In this document: piece by piece, positions 38,201-51,215 of the stretch
Position numbering within the stretch: the first letter of the stretch is position 1
Layout: the number at the start of each line of letters is the position of its first letter
Source of the DNA: Felis catus
Taxonomy: Eukaryota
Direction: 5' to 3'
Assembly (NCBI RefSeq): GCF_018350175.1
Contig: NC_058368.1
Coordinates: 171,370,001 to 171,434,000, forward strand
Length of the DNA stretch: 64,000 nt
The notes under the pieces: model-generated
What the model saw: only the letters and a program-made list of their open reading frames with translations
Databases searched by the model: none
What the model was told of the DNA's origin: nothing
Program-made: the position numbers and the translations under genes

Positions 38201-38600
38201 AAGTAAATGAATAAACTTAAAAAAATACATTGGTTAAAAATTACAGTGTGCAATTTTTTTGGCAACTACAAGTTGATTTTATGCCCCCCCCCTAATTTAT
38301 CACTTATAAGTGTTTCACCATTCACTTCAATTAATTCTTCAATTTCTTCTTCAAGAATGTGGGTGAATCTATCACCACTAATATACCTGGTCACCAGAAC
38401 AATACATTTCTTTCCATTGTCAATGACAAGAATAATTTTAAAATTAAATCATTCATACATTATTTCCATAGGTTTTGACCAACCTGCACTGACTGCTGAC
38501 TACTTCAATCTTCTGTATTATTTAAACTTTTTCTTTCAATTTCTTTCTCTCTTGCTTTCACTCTTCATTTAAAGAAATTCTGAAGTTGAATAAGTTAATT
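38013..38600 (-). mobile_element. Ancient internally deleted Tigger/pogo-type transposon, interrupted by a SINE
   Basis: Minus-strand 38403-38293 encodes IVLVTRYISGDRFTHILEEEIEELIEVNGETLISDKL (Tigger transposase C-terminal-like); psq-HTH-like remnant near 38568-38480; TA-CAGTAAAAC terminus at about 38013. Confidence 0.55.
38046..38220 (+). mobile_element. Can-SINE
   Basis: Head, (CT)n, A-tail, TSD aaaataca. Confidence 0.9.
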
Positions 38601-38739
38601 ATGCATATGATGAAATCCTATTACACTTGCAAACAAGCAAATGACATTGGAGATCACCTGCTTTTAGGACAACTTCTATTCATTCTGCCAATGTGGAAAC
38701 TAAGGGCCAGAGAGCAAGTGCTCACAGTCATTTCAAAAG

Positions 38740-39125
38740 TATAGAGTGGTGATTACGAATATAAGCTCCAGAATTAGCTACCAGGGTTAAATGCTGGCTC
38801 CACTACCTACTAGCTATGTGCCGTTGGGCAAGTTCCCTAATCTCTCTGGCCTCAATCTTTTCCTCTGTAAAATGAGCATAATTATAATAGTATCTACCTC
38901 ACTGAGGTGTTGTGATTAAACATGAAAGTATAAGTGAAGGGCTTTGAGCAGTACTTAGCACATAGTGAATGTTCAGTAGAGGGGAGACTGGCTGGCTCAG
39001 TCAGTAGAGGATGCAACTCTTGATCTTAGGGTCATGAGTTCAAGCCCCGTGTTGGGCCTAGAGCTTACTTAAAAAAAAATTTTTTTAAGTGAATGTTCAG
39101 TATATGTTAGCTGTTGGTTTTTATT
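38740..39125 (+). mobile_element. MIR SINE interrupted by a short Can-SINE (38981-39087, TSD agtgaatgttcagta)
   Basis: MIR core ggctccactacctactagctatgtg..ttgggcaagtt..ctaatctctct..cctcaatc..cctctgtaaaatg. Confidence 0.88.
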
Positions 39126-39481
39126 AGTCCAAGGACATGAGCCAATTAGTAGCAAAGCTGAAATGAAAACTGAGCTTTCCAAATACTTGGCTGGTGCTCT
39201 CCCCATGCCAGGATCTCTCTCATTGTGTTGTCACGACAGTGACCGGCCAATAGTAAGAAGTCAGTATATGCTTGTTGGATGAGTGCAGAGGTGATAATAA
39301 TCTCTGATCACAGATCACTCCTGTCCTACATGGCACTGCTCTGATCACAGAGCAAAAATCCATGTGTTGGACTTTCAGTGATAATAATGGTGAGTCAAAT
39401 GAGTCCTTGCAAAAATAATTTATTTAGGAAAATACGCATAATATATTTCTAAATATTCCACAAATTTGAGATGAATGGTGT

Positions 39482-39485
<4 letters not shown>

Positions 39486-39533
<48 letters not shown>

Positions 39534-39540
39534 TATATAT
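39486..39540. repeat. (AT)n(AC)n compound microsatellite
   Basis: Directly visible. Confidence 0.95.
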
Positions 39541-40247
39541 GTATGTATAAGAATATTAACACTATGCTATATAATTTGGAGTGTTCTTTTGTTGTTTTCC
39601 TTTGGGCTTTTATTCACTCTCAAGTGTTCTTCAGGGAGCATGAATTTTTTTTTTTTTTTTACTAGAAGAAACAAATAAATGATTTCATTTAAAGGTAGAT
39701 GGACCAAACTAAAAGTGAGTTCAATACAAATGGAAAAATTATTGATAGTATCCTTTGTCAGTAATTCTTCATAATTCCCCAGCTTCATAAGGCAATTTTG
39801 ATGGAGTTCAATATGAACAACTCAAGATTATGAAAGTAATTACATTTAGCTTAATTAAAATGACTAATTGTTCCACTTCTGCTCACATAACACCTGGTAG
39901 GACTGATGCTCAGGAGGCTGGGCCTAAACAGCTTAAAAAATGCACAGGTGCTAATTAAGCAAAAAATGTTTTCCAAAAATCTCAAGTAGACCACAGCTTG
40001 GGGTCAGAAATATCACATTTGGCTTGAAATTACATGTCATACACTCCTAAACAAATACGCAGATAAATGTACAAATGAATAATAATAAGAGGTAGATGCC
40101 ATGTAGTATGTGACACCTTGTCAAAAGTTACTGCGAGCAAAACGTTTAATCCATCGGTGGTTTTGCTTTTCAAAGCTTCCCCCTTCTCTTCTCCCTCTTC
40201 CCATTCAAATCAACTGAAGTGAGTGGATATAACAGTGGAATACTGAG

Positions 40248-40779
40248 TGTGGTGGGCAGCCTTGAAAATGGCCCCGGTGATTACCATCTCTTCCTCTTCA
40301 GAATAGATTCTATAACCCCCATCCCTGCCCTGAGTGTGGGCTGGACTAGTGGATTACTTGTAACAAATACATTATGGCAAAAGTGGTAGGATGTCACTTG
40401 CAAGATTAGGTTACAAAAAGACTGTAATTTCCTTCTTGGCCACCCTCCGAGGGAAGCCAGCTGCCATGTTATGAGCTGTTCTAGGACTGTTCCTGTCCTA
40501 CATGGCAAGGAACTGATGTCTCCATCCAAAGGCCAACAAGGACCTGAGGGCTACCAACAATAATGTGTGTGAGACTGGGTAAGCAGATCCTCCCCAGTCA
40601 AGTCTTGAGAAAATGACAGCTCCACCAAACACCTAACCTGCAGCCTTGTGAGGGAGCAGAGGCACCCAGTTCAGCAACCCCCAGACTTCCTGACCCATGG
40701 AAATTGTGAAATAATAATGTTTGTTTTAAGCCCCTAAGTTTTGCTGTAATTTGTTATGAAGCAATAGATACCTAGTAGA
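40248..40779 (+). mobile_element. MLT1E/F-like solo LTR
   Basis: tgtggtgggcagcc..aaaatggcccc...tgagtgtgggctggact...ggatgtcacttgcaagattaggttacaaaaagact...gcaatagata. Confidence 0.88.
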
Positions 40780-40789
40780 CTGGAGAACA

Positions 40790-41830
40790 AAAAGAAAGCT
40801 TAAACTAATATCATACAATATAATCAATTAATAACAATAATAATAGTAGGCATAAAAACTAGAACAATTTGGGTAACAAAATAATGTTGCATTAGATCAT
40901 AAAGTGGAATTGGATTATAATGTATACATACATTGATACTGATATATATAAATTATTGAAAAAAAGGAGGAAGGCAGGCATGTATCTTACAGAAAAATTC
41001 CAAATAATACATATTAGCTTCTCCCTATTACAAGGAGGTAGATTAATCTCCCATGAAGGGATGAACTTAAAGACTTGATTCCAAAGAATATAGTATAGAT
41101 AGGGGAAATGTGACTTTACAATGGAGAAACCTGGAAAACTCCACTTTATCTAAGTGATCAAGACTAACAACAGCAGGGATAAGTCATGTGGATATATATA
41201 GCCCTTTCCCCACTGGGGCACCACACCTCTGTGGTATTCTTCCCCAGAACTCATAACCCAGTCTAATCATGAGAAAAATAGCAGACAAATTCATAGTAGG
41301 GGATATTCTACAAAGTATCTTACCAGTACTGCTCAAAACCATCAAGGTCATGAAAAACAAGACTGGGAAACTATCATGAACCAGTGGAGACTGTGGAGAT
41401 GTAACAACTAATGCAATGTAGTGTCCTGGACTGGATCCTAGAACAAAAAAGGGATATCAGTAAAAAATAAATAAATAAATAAATAAATAAATAAGCCTTC
41501 TCCACTTCTCCCTGTATGTCTCTCTTCTGTGTGTCTTTTATAAGGACACTTGTCATTAGATTTACAGCCCAATCAAATAATCCAGAACAATCCCATCTTG
41601 AGATCCTTAATTTAATTACATCTGCAAAGACTCTTTTTCCAAATAAGGTCACATTCACATATTCCAGGAGTTAGTTTGTGGACATATATTTTGGGGGGCC
41701 ACCATTCAATCTACCACAGATGTTAACATTAGGAGATGATGGATGAAGTGCACATAGGAACTTGCTATATTGCCTTTGCAAATTTTCTGTGCACATAAAA
41801 TTATTCCAGAATAAATAATACTTAAAAAAA
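40790..41830 (+). mobile_element. Old L1 (L1MC/MD-like) 3'UTR with a minus-strand MLT1 LTR fragment at about 41495-41716
   Basis: ctttacaatggagaaacctgg...tctaatcatgagaaaa...ctggatcctagaaca; MLT1 reverse complement ttaattacatctgcaaagact.ttttccaaataaggtcacattc. Confidence 0.8.
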
Positions 41831-42190
41831 TAGTTAACATTTAAGCAAAGTTGGCTTTTGACATAAAAATTCAGAGACTGAAATAGTAAAAAGAGGTATC
41901 CACAGACATCATTTTGAGGACAGCAACACTGGCACAGCAGACAGCAACACTGGCAGCAGCTGTTATCTATAATTTTGTAAAGAATAACACTTAGATTAAT
42001 AACAATACTATAGAAGACACTTGAAATAATTTTGTTTTTTGTAAGTATGTCTAAGTTACCAAAGATGGAAAACCATCCTGCTCTTTCAAATATCTTCAAC
42101 CAGAACTTGGAAGTGAAGGATGTGAATTTACTTTTATGTTTGGTTACTTTTCCTACCCTTTTTAATTACAGATTTAGAAGAAAGGGGTCA

Positions 42191-42195
<5 letters not shown>

Positions 42196-42236
<41 letters not shown>
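42196..42236. repeat. (AT)n microsatellite
   Basis: Directly visible. Confidence 0.95.
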
Positions 42237-42239
<3 letters not shown>

Positions 42240-42345
42240 CAGATTCAACATCACAGCACATTTCCAAACTCTACAAAATTTGCTCTAATTTATTCAGTGC
42301 TTTAAACAAACGCAAGATATATAGTTCCAATGGTTGATCCTTCTT

Positions 42346-42577
42346 TTTATTTATTTATTTATCTATTTTTTCAACGTTTTTTATTTATTTTTGGGACAGA
42401 GAGAGACAGAGCATGAACGGGGGAGGGGCAGAGAGAGAGGGAGGCACAGAATCGGAAACAGGCTCCAGGCTCTGAGCCATCAGCCCAGAGCCCGACGCGG
42501 GGCTCGAACTCACGGACCGCGAGATCGTGACCCGGCTGAAGTCGGACGCTCAACCGACTGCGCCACCCAGGCGCCCC
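42346..42577 (-). mobile_element. Young SINEC_Fc
   Basis: CpG-intact body; TSD atccttctt (42337-42345 / 42578-42586). Confidence 0.96.
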
Positions 42578-43137
42578 ATCCTTCTTCTGTATTTATCAAC
42601 AAAGGCATTCCTACAGTTCAAACCTGTGATTTAAAAGCTTAAAATTATTATGTGGAGTTGCCCTACCCAACTTTTTTTTTTTGGTCTCCTTTCTGAGATA
42701 CATTCCTATCTAATGAACATTGATGTGCTTTCTTTTAATTTCCTTGGGTTATTTTCCTTAATATTATAAAGTGGGATCTATTGTTTCAAATGGTTCATGT
42801 TGAAAAGTGATTTCAAGTTTATATAGAATTCTCACTCTTGTGGTTAGAACTCTGCACCTTTTTGGTATAGGGGGAAAAGTCTGCAGTTAGATGACAGTCA
42901 GATATGGACAAATTCCCACAGACATGGAGTACAGGAATGTCAGGTTCCACAGCCCTGGGATCTAGCCCTGACTACAGACCAAACTTCACTGACTTGGTAG
43001 AATGACCACTCTTTCTTTCCAGAGTCACCCAGGGTCAGATAGAGATTAACAGAAAAAACAGGAAATTGATTCTCCATTGCAAGTTTCTCTGTGCTTCTGA
43101 ACACAGAACATGCAAACCCTCTTAAAATAAAACACTT

Positions 43138-43350
43138 GGGGCACCCGGATGGCTTAGTCGGTTGGTTAAGCATTAGGCTTCGGCTCAGGTCATGATCTTG
43201 CAGTTTGTGGGTTCGAGCCCTGCGTCAGGCTCTGTGCTGACAGCTCAGAGCCTGAAGCCTGCTTCAGATTCTGTGTCTACCTCTCTCCCTGCCCCTCCCC
43301 CACTCACGCTCTGTCTCTCTCAAAAATAAATAAACATTTAAAAACAAACA
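43138..43350 (+). mobile_element. Can-SINE
   Basis: Head, CT-rich region, aaaaataaataaacatt tail. Confidence 0.92.
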
Positions 43351-44824
43351 AACCACTTAGGAAAGTCATTAGGGAGAGTGCAATCCCTGGCTTTTTCCCT
43401 CTGAGGAAAATACACGCTGTTCTTCTCATACCTCATCTTTTCCTCATCATCAGATTCTAAAATTAGAACCTATTGTGCTGTTTAAAGTGACATATTTACT
43501 AATGTTGAAAAGAAAGCGAAGATATATTATAATGTTTAAAAACTATACAAATCACTTTTTCCTCTAGTAGCCAGTTTTTAAATCATAAAACCATGCGCTT
43601 TCTTTACCAATCCAAAGATGTCCTCCTACTTGTCCTTCTTTACCTCTTCCTGTCTCATTTGAACCATTATGAACACTCCCTTTCCTCACGCCTATATCCC
43701 AAATGTAAGTTCTAGTCATCCTACCTCAAATCAAATGATCTCTGAGAAGTTCCCAACTGTTCAGTTCTACTTGCCTAGTGTTATCTTCTGAGAGAAGCCC
43801 TTACTTCAATTGCAGGAAGAAATTTCCTGGCAGTTATCTTCTTTAATTTCCCACCATCTGTTTCTTTCTATGTTCTTCCAATCTTCCTTTCTTCACAGTG
43901 ATCATCCATTTTAATCACTGAATTTCATAAGACAAAGTTGCCTATGTGACCACACCCCTCCCTCACCAACATCCTTTGGACTGTTCTAGAGGGACAATTA
44001 TAACACTCAGACTATTAAACTAGGCATGCCAGAGGGGCATTAAGCTAAACTTTTTTGCGGGGAGGCATAACGTAGGGCATCTAAGTCTTACAGGGCAATA
44101 GCAGGCTCTGAGTACATTGCTTCTTTTCCCCATATTCTATCATTTTGAGGATCCTTGGAGAGGGCTGACTCTGGACTATTCATGAAGACTTTCACACCAG
44201 GCTATAAGATTCCTCAATGTAAATGATAGCTCCTGCCACTGTTACCCTCCCTAGAATCCTACAGGGTTGAAGTCCACTGTTGCTTTCTTCCATTTGTTGT
44301 CAGTCTTCTTCCCATTTTACAGATCTCCTTATGTTCCAGCTTCCCATTTGCCTGAACACATAGTTTCCTCACTACATCTAAATATTGTTTAAAATTTTAA
44401 AAGATACTCCAAGTTATTTTACCTATTCTCCCAAAATAACATCTGGTATTTCGAATCATAGCCATGATACAAGAATGAAAATATGAACTTTATTGTGGCT
44501 ATAAATATGAATGAAAATACTTATAAGAGTGGCTCAAGAATAACCTATTCACAGAAAATTAATACCTTTATTATAATAAAGAAATTGTTCATAATAACTG
44601 ATAAGTCATTCAAAAGTGATCTAAGAAAAGGACTTCAGAAACTAATTAAGTTGTGACATCTGGACTACATAGATCAATCAGCAAGAATAGAAAAACGCTG
44701 AAAGAGTAAGATTTTCAGTCAGAAGATTAAGGCTCAAATCCTATCTCTGCTACTTACTAGCCATATGACCTTGAATAAATTTCTTAACTTTTGAAGTATA
44801 TGCACCCAATACCTTTTTTAGTAA

Positions 44825-45552
44825 AGTAGTTGTGCTACCATTTTTCAGCCTCCTTATATCCATTCCCTTTGACTTTCAGCTCCTCCCATTAAAAGTGGAG
44901 ATTTTGGGGGCACCTAGGTGGCTCAGTCGGTTAAACATCCGACTTCAGCTCAGGTCATGATCTCATGGTTTGTGGGTTTGAGCCCCACATCAGGCTCTGT
45001 GCTGACAGCTCAGAGCCTGGAGCCTGCTTCAGATTATGTATCTCCCTCTCCTGCTTGTACTCTCTCTCTCTCAAAAATAAATAAACATTAAAAAAAAATT
45101 TTTTTTAAGTGGAGACTATTACCTCATTCCCTGAATAAGGGTAACCTTGTACTTTGGTCCATAGGATGCAGGAGAAGTAGCAAGATGCAGTACCTCACCT
45201 AAGCCTTGAGAGGACTTCCTGCCATCACTCACTCTCCTGGAACCCTCTGACATGCATGTTAACAAGCCCAGGCTAGCCTCCTGGAGACATAAGTCCAGTC
45301 ACTCCTATGGGGCCCAGCTGAGAAGACCACCAAACTCCAGACCTATGAATGAGGTCATCCCAAACCACTCAGTTCCCAGAAATCTGCCAACTTACTGAAG
45401 ATGCATGAGTAAGCCTGTTTAAGATCAGCTGAGCCTGTTCTAAACCAGAAGAATCACCCAACCAAGCCACAGACATGGTTAACTAAAGTCTTATTGTTTC
45501 AGGCTAGTAAGTTTTGGGACAATTAGCTACCCAGCAATAGCTAACTGATACA
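44825..45552 (+). mobile_element. MLT1F/G-like LTR containing a Can-SINE (44906-45106, TSD aagtggaga), itself inserted in a MIR (about 44690-44795 and 45560-45665)
   Basis: LTR end agttttggg...cagcaatagctaactgataCA; MIR core tcaaatcctatctctgctacttactagccatatgaccttgaataaatt. Confidence 0.8.
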
Positions 45553-45749
45553 TATACTATATAGGTTGTTGTGAAGGTTAAATGAAAATAACACAAAACA
45601 CATCATGTACTCCTTGCCATGTTTAGCACCTGGTAGATGTTTGATAAATTGCAGTTATTTTTATTATCATACCAAAATCATCTGTATTTTTAGGTTTATG
45701 AAGTAACATTCCAAAAGACGGTGTTTTCTAATATTTCTGTTTGAAATCT

Positions 45750-46230
45750 GTATCAGGCAGGGTACAAATGACAGAAATCCAAATCAACTTACATTAAACA
45801 AAAAAGGAGTGATTTATTAGAGCTAACATCATACAGAACCAGAGCCAGACCTCAAACAACATCACCATTTCTTTCCTCTCTTCTTTGTCTCTCTCAGTGT
45901 AGGCCTCATTCTGACAATTGCAGAAGGCCTGCTCCACAGAATGATAAAATTAGCCATCCTCAGCTACTCATCCAGCTCCAGGAACTCAAAAGCAAAAGCA
46001 GTTTTCCACTATAGGAAAGTCTCAGACAAGGGCTCTTATTGGCCTAGCTTGGGTCATGAGTCATATCTTAACCAATCACAATGGCCAGGGGGAAGAGGCT
46101 CTCTGACCCCATTAGGTCTTATGTAGATCCTTGTGTAAAGAGAAGCAGTAGAGACTGCACTAAAAGAGTAGGAAAAAAGAGGAAATGTGCTGAGTTGCAA
46201 AAATAATACTGCCAGAAGCCTGGAATAATA
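45750..46230 (-). mobile_element. MLT1J/K-like LTR relic
   Basis: caaatgacagaaatccaaatcaact...aaacaaaaaagg..tttatt...ttggcctagcttgggtcatg...aaccaatcacaatggccagggg. Confidence 0.7.
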
Positions 46231-48701
46231 ACATGTGCTGCTGCCACCCTCTAATTCATGACACGTACAGTTGCCTCTTATTACCACTGGCCTACATCTG
46301 TGGACTTGGAAGTCTATAGCTGTGTAAGGAAGAAAAATAACCTGCCCTCAGAGACAGAATTCAGTGCTCTTTGTTTACTTCTTTCTCTGTAAACACTCCT
46401 TATAAGTCTCTTAACCACCATGATGTGGAGCAGCCCCGGGAACATAAGGGAAATTAAACTAATGTACATGTATTTTTAAGGAAAGGCATTGTATTACACT
46501 TGACTTTCCATTCTCTTACTCTTATTCTCATTGCATTCTAACAAGGTTTCTGGTGTTCTGGATACTGAGATTTTAGAGCCTTAAGCTGCCATGGCTGAAT
46601 TTACACCTAAGCTTTAAAGATGATGTCTCTTGTGAACTAATCATAGGATTGTGGAGATAGAAGAAAACTTAGAGATCATTTAAATCCAAATTGGGTGAAA
46701 ATAGCAAAGATATCTCAAGTTATAGGCTTTGGAGTCACGGGTGCCACGGTTTTTGCTTTTGCTGCGCTGTTCTAGTTCAATGTATGACATAGATGCTGCT
46801 GTATATATAAACATGCAATCCATGTATTGTGCTATACTTCAAAAATCCTCCATTCAGTATCATTACAAAGACTGAATGTCTTTAAAATTCAAAGCTAATA
46901 AGTACACGATCTAATTTATAACAAATTATTGCTATTGCTCAAGAGGTCAACCCAGAAATGAGGAATTCCAGCAAAGAACTGAGCAGATTAAGATAAATGT
47001 TGCCTTCTCATTTTGTCTATTTTATGATATTCTAATCAGTGGCTCATTTTCATTTGAACTGCAATACACACCTTACTGTATAATTTTAAATAACTAAACT
47101 AGTTAAAGCAATGATTTAGTTGTGCCAACCCTTTCCAGGGCATGTCAGAGACTCTGACGGGAATGTATAGATAGTTACATTACCTTACCTTACAGAGCAG
47201 TTTTATTATGAAGAGACTTAACATTCAAGACAAACTAAGTCTATTTTTTGTTGCACAATGAGTAAGAACATGCAGAACTATCTCATGAATTCCAAGAGTT
47301 CTGGGGAGTTCTTTAATATTTAATTGTATTTAATTGACATTCCTTTTATCTCCTTCAATTTAGTTTGCCTGTGACTTTCCAGCTATAAAATGTAAAAACC
47401 ACATGTAGACTGAATCAGCAGAATTAATATGGGTAAAACTCTTAAAATATATGTGCTCAAAATGCCATATCTTACTAAAGCTTATCTATATAAAGTTTAG
47501 CAGAGGAAAACTACTAGAGAAATGCAGAAAATAACATTAACACTATATCTAGGCACAAAACACAGTCAGTATGCTGAAAGAAAATGGAGATCCCCTAATG
47601 AAATTTTTTTTCTGAAAGAAGTTCTGGGTATAAATATTTATAAATACTAAATTTTTTATACGTATAGAAGACATATATTGTGTATCTTGATTGTGAAGTG
47701 AAATTGAAAAAGAACTACATAGCTAAAACAAAGCAGGAGATCATCTACAAGTGAAGAAACTTGGGACCCAAAGAGGTGGGGTGACTTGAACCTATGAACA
47801 CTGCTATTTGGTGAAAGCCCACAACCAGAATCCACGGCTCTGGCATTCCCACTATCTATTTATTAGGTTAGTCTGCACAGGATGCAAGCAGAAGACAGCT
47901 TTATTCTTTTCTACACTGTCTCTTCAAACCTGCTTTCTGGACTCCTTTTCTAAACCCTTGAATGGAAGGTCTAATAGCTCTCTCTATCCCTTTAAGTTGC
48001 AAGAATAATCTTACGTATGCTAAAAGTCTCTTGTTTACTATCAAAATTCCAACATCTTATTGAATTTAAATTGGCTCCCCTGAGCTATCTTCCTAAGATG
48101 CAGGCCTGTGGGGTTAGGTTACTCTACCTTTCTTGCCCTTAAAAATAACCCCACTTCTGGTCTAGGGGAAACACACACCTTTGCTACACCCCTTTCATGG
48201 TGGAGAAGATTGTTTCTACCAAAGGTCTCTCTCTCTTTTGAGCTACTGCCAGGTATGGGTAACTTCAGCCAGTCTCTCTTACTATCACTGTCCTTGAGTC
48301 TCCCAAATTCCAAGGCATACATGTCAAGCTCTCCCAGAAGTTCCCCATGGGGAGATGGGTATCTTACGGCACACTAATGAGTCTCTCAAACAGTCCTCAT
48401 CACCAACTCCTCAACTCCAACCTCAGAGGTAAGCAATGGGCTAAATACAGGCAGAACTGGTTACCCAATCATTTGACATGACCCATTTAGGTAATCGCTT
48501 TAGAATTTGGAAGCACTTGGTACCTATTATGTTTATCTTGGCATTGGGGCTTTGACCATATCTTTGAGACAACAGGAATAAAGGTCACATTTTAAATCTG
48601 ATACTGCCTCTGCTAACTAAAGACATGGAGAAGAAAAAAAAACATATATTAGAATTAATGAGATAAATTAATATTGAGAAATGTTCAAAGGTACCTTTTC
48701 T

Positions 48702-48921
48702 CTTTTTAAAATGTTTATTTGTTTTGAGAGACAGAGAGAGCGAGAGCAGGCATGTGGGCAAGGGAGAGGCAGAGAGAGAGAGAGGGAGAGAGAGAATCCA
48801 AGCAGGCTCTGTGCTTTTGGCACAGACCCCAATAGGGGCTCAATCTCATGAACCGTGAGATCATAACCTGAGCTGAAATCAAGAGTGGTACACTTAACTG
48901 ACTGAGCCACCCAGGCATCCC
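48702..48921 (-). mobile_element. Can-SINE
   Basis: TSD tcaaag(gta/atg)ccttttct. Confidence 0.93.
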
Positions 48922-48989
48922 TCAAAGATGCCTTTTCTTAAGGATTTTTTTTTTAGCTTAATAATGGGTTAAGAAAATAACCATAAACA

Positions 48990-50370
48990 CAGAATTGGAA
49001 GGGACTTTTAAATTCATTCAACTATCTATCAGTTGCTAAGACATTTCCATGCTTGAATACTCTAATAATGGAGAAGTCACCATCTTTTGAAATAGTCTGT
49101 ACCTATCTGGGGTTGCTTGCAACCATCAGAGGGTCATTGCATGAAATGCAAAACTGTCTAAGGTCTCCACCCCCTCAATTTTAATTTGAACACAGAACAA
49201 GTTTAATCCCTCTTTCACATACAGACTTCCAAATATGTGAAGCCAGTGTTACTCCATCTTCTGATGTAGTATTTTCTAATACTCAGTGTCTTCAGCCATG
49301 CCCTTCATAACAGTGTTTGCAGCTCTTATCATCTTGCTTGTCTCCTTCCTGAACAGTCCCTAGCCTAGCAATGCTCCACTCGAGGTACAGCACCCAAAAT
49401 CGAAGACAGGGTGGTCCAGCCAGTAGAAGAGGGAACATCTCCTCTCTCCTTTGCCATGCCACATTTGTTTAATAAAACCTAAATTAATATTTACTGACAG
49501 TCATGGTACACAGCTTATTTATACTATATTCACTGCCAACTACACTCCCTTAAGTCTTTTCTAGATGTGCTACAGCTAAGATATGACTTACCCTGTATAT
49601 ATGCTGTTGATTTTAGGACTCAGGTAGTGGCCTTTACATAGATCCTCTTATTTTTTTTAATATATATTCTCCTTAAAATCACTCTTCTAGCACTCACCAA
49701 GTTCAACTAGCCTAAGATTTTAGAACTCTATTTGACCACTTAATTTATTCTCTTTAACTTCATATCATCTCAAATTTTTAAGAATGCTTTCAACATCTTC
49801 ATCCAAATCACTAATAAAAAGTATTAAAGAATAAAGGCCAAGGACATCCCTAGAAACATCCCTCCACTTGACATCAATCTGTTAAACAGCACCACCTTGG
49901 TAGTTAATCAATTACCAATATACGTAATGACACTTACACCTCACTTCAGCCAAAGGTGTGTTGAGAGACCTTGTCAAGTGTGTTGCTCAAATCAGATTTC
50001 TAGGTTTTCCACCCTTCCCAGCTCTGGAGGTCTGGACACTTTGTTTAAAAAGGAAAGTTTGCTGTGATGGGTGTTAAACCTAGTCTGGCTTCTCGTGAAT
50101 AAATGATGCTGTTTCACCAATCATTTATTTTATCTTACAGAATTGATACGACATTTGTTATTATAATTTACTGAAATCACTTCTTCTCCTTTTGAAAGTT
50201 TGAAGGGTAAGAATCCTCAAACTTCTGTCTTTTAGGCCTTTTTGGGCTCTCTATGGTTTCTCACAGATCCCCCCACATCCATGGATGCTCACTTTCAAGT
50301 TGCCTCAGTACAAAGGATTTAATTTACTCAGCTGAGAGACTTCATATCTCTAATGGAGCAGCTGGAAATT
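48990..50370 (-). mobile_element. L3/CR1 LINE relic (RT region and 3' end)
   Basis: Reverse complement gives cttcacatatttggaag..tgtgaaagagggattaaacttgttctgtg (L3 3' region) and DLSNTLDKVS at about 49994-49964, similar to the CR1 RT motif DFSKAFDKVS. Confidence 0.7.
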
Positions 50371-51190
50371 CTCTTTCAGTGGCTAAAACAAATATTAACA
50401 TTAATATAACTAAAGCCACTCATTAGAAAGCCAGGCTTTGGGTTTTGAGCTGTTTGAGCTATTCCATGTACCTGAGGAGCGCCTGTCTTACAGAACATCC
50501 TCCAACGCTTCTATCTGCTCCCCAAAGAAAGACTCTAGCACCATGAAAGAGCAAAGTTACTGATATGGAAACAGATGTCTCTAAAAATACCCTTGGAAAT
50601 ATATGGACATGAAACACATGCCATATATATATTTAGTTATAAAAATAAAAAATCATATTTTTATCTAGCAACTATTTATTTCCAGATATGTGACTAAGCA
50701 CTGCAATCAAGTCATACCTGACTTAAAAAAATACTTAGACAGATTGAGCTGTCTAACCCACAAAAGAAGCATCTATGAATAATTCAACCCCAATTGCCAT
50801 GTATATTTTCTGGCAGGCTGGCTCCTGACTAAAGCACTGGCTTTACTCTCCTGACTGGCTTAGGACATACAGTTCTGTGGCATAGGTAATCTTACCACTT
50901 AAAGATGTGTCAGTCTCGTCTGGACTGGAAGCCATAAGATGTTCTTTTGGGTTACTCAAAGTAACATATTAAAACAGGTCTTTCCTGTACAACTTGACCA
51001 GATTAAAAACAAAAACAAAACAAAACAAAACAAAAACCAAAACCTAACCTCTAAAAAAATAGTATAAAACAAGGTTTTAAAAACACCTAGGAAGATGGGG
51101 TGATTCTACTCAAATATGGATATTCAATTACTCATTTCATTCCAGTTAAAGTGTAACTACAAATTACAGTGAAGATTTTGTCCTTTGCTT

Positions 51191-51215
51191 GTACTGCCAC
51201 CTGGTGGTATCCTGC
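51191..51215 (-). promoter_or_regulatory. CTCF binding motif
   Basis: Minus strand reads GCAGgataCCACCAGGTGGCAGTAC; the core at 51207-51194 matches CCASYAGRKGGCRS exactly, in non-repetitive AT-rich DNA. Confidence 0.7.

Noticed and set aside
28953..41955. Recurring 21-bp periodicity as a possible array or CRISPR-like system
   Set aside because: Only two copies each, unrelated units, kilobases apart, in a mammalian genome
50141..50206. Plus-strand exon-like segment with good splice signals
   Set aside because: Lies inside the L3/CR1 relic, opposes the inferred host strand, and has no partner exons
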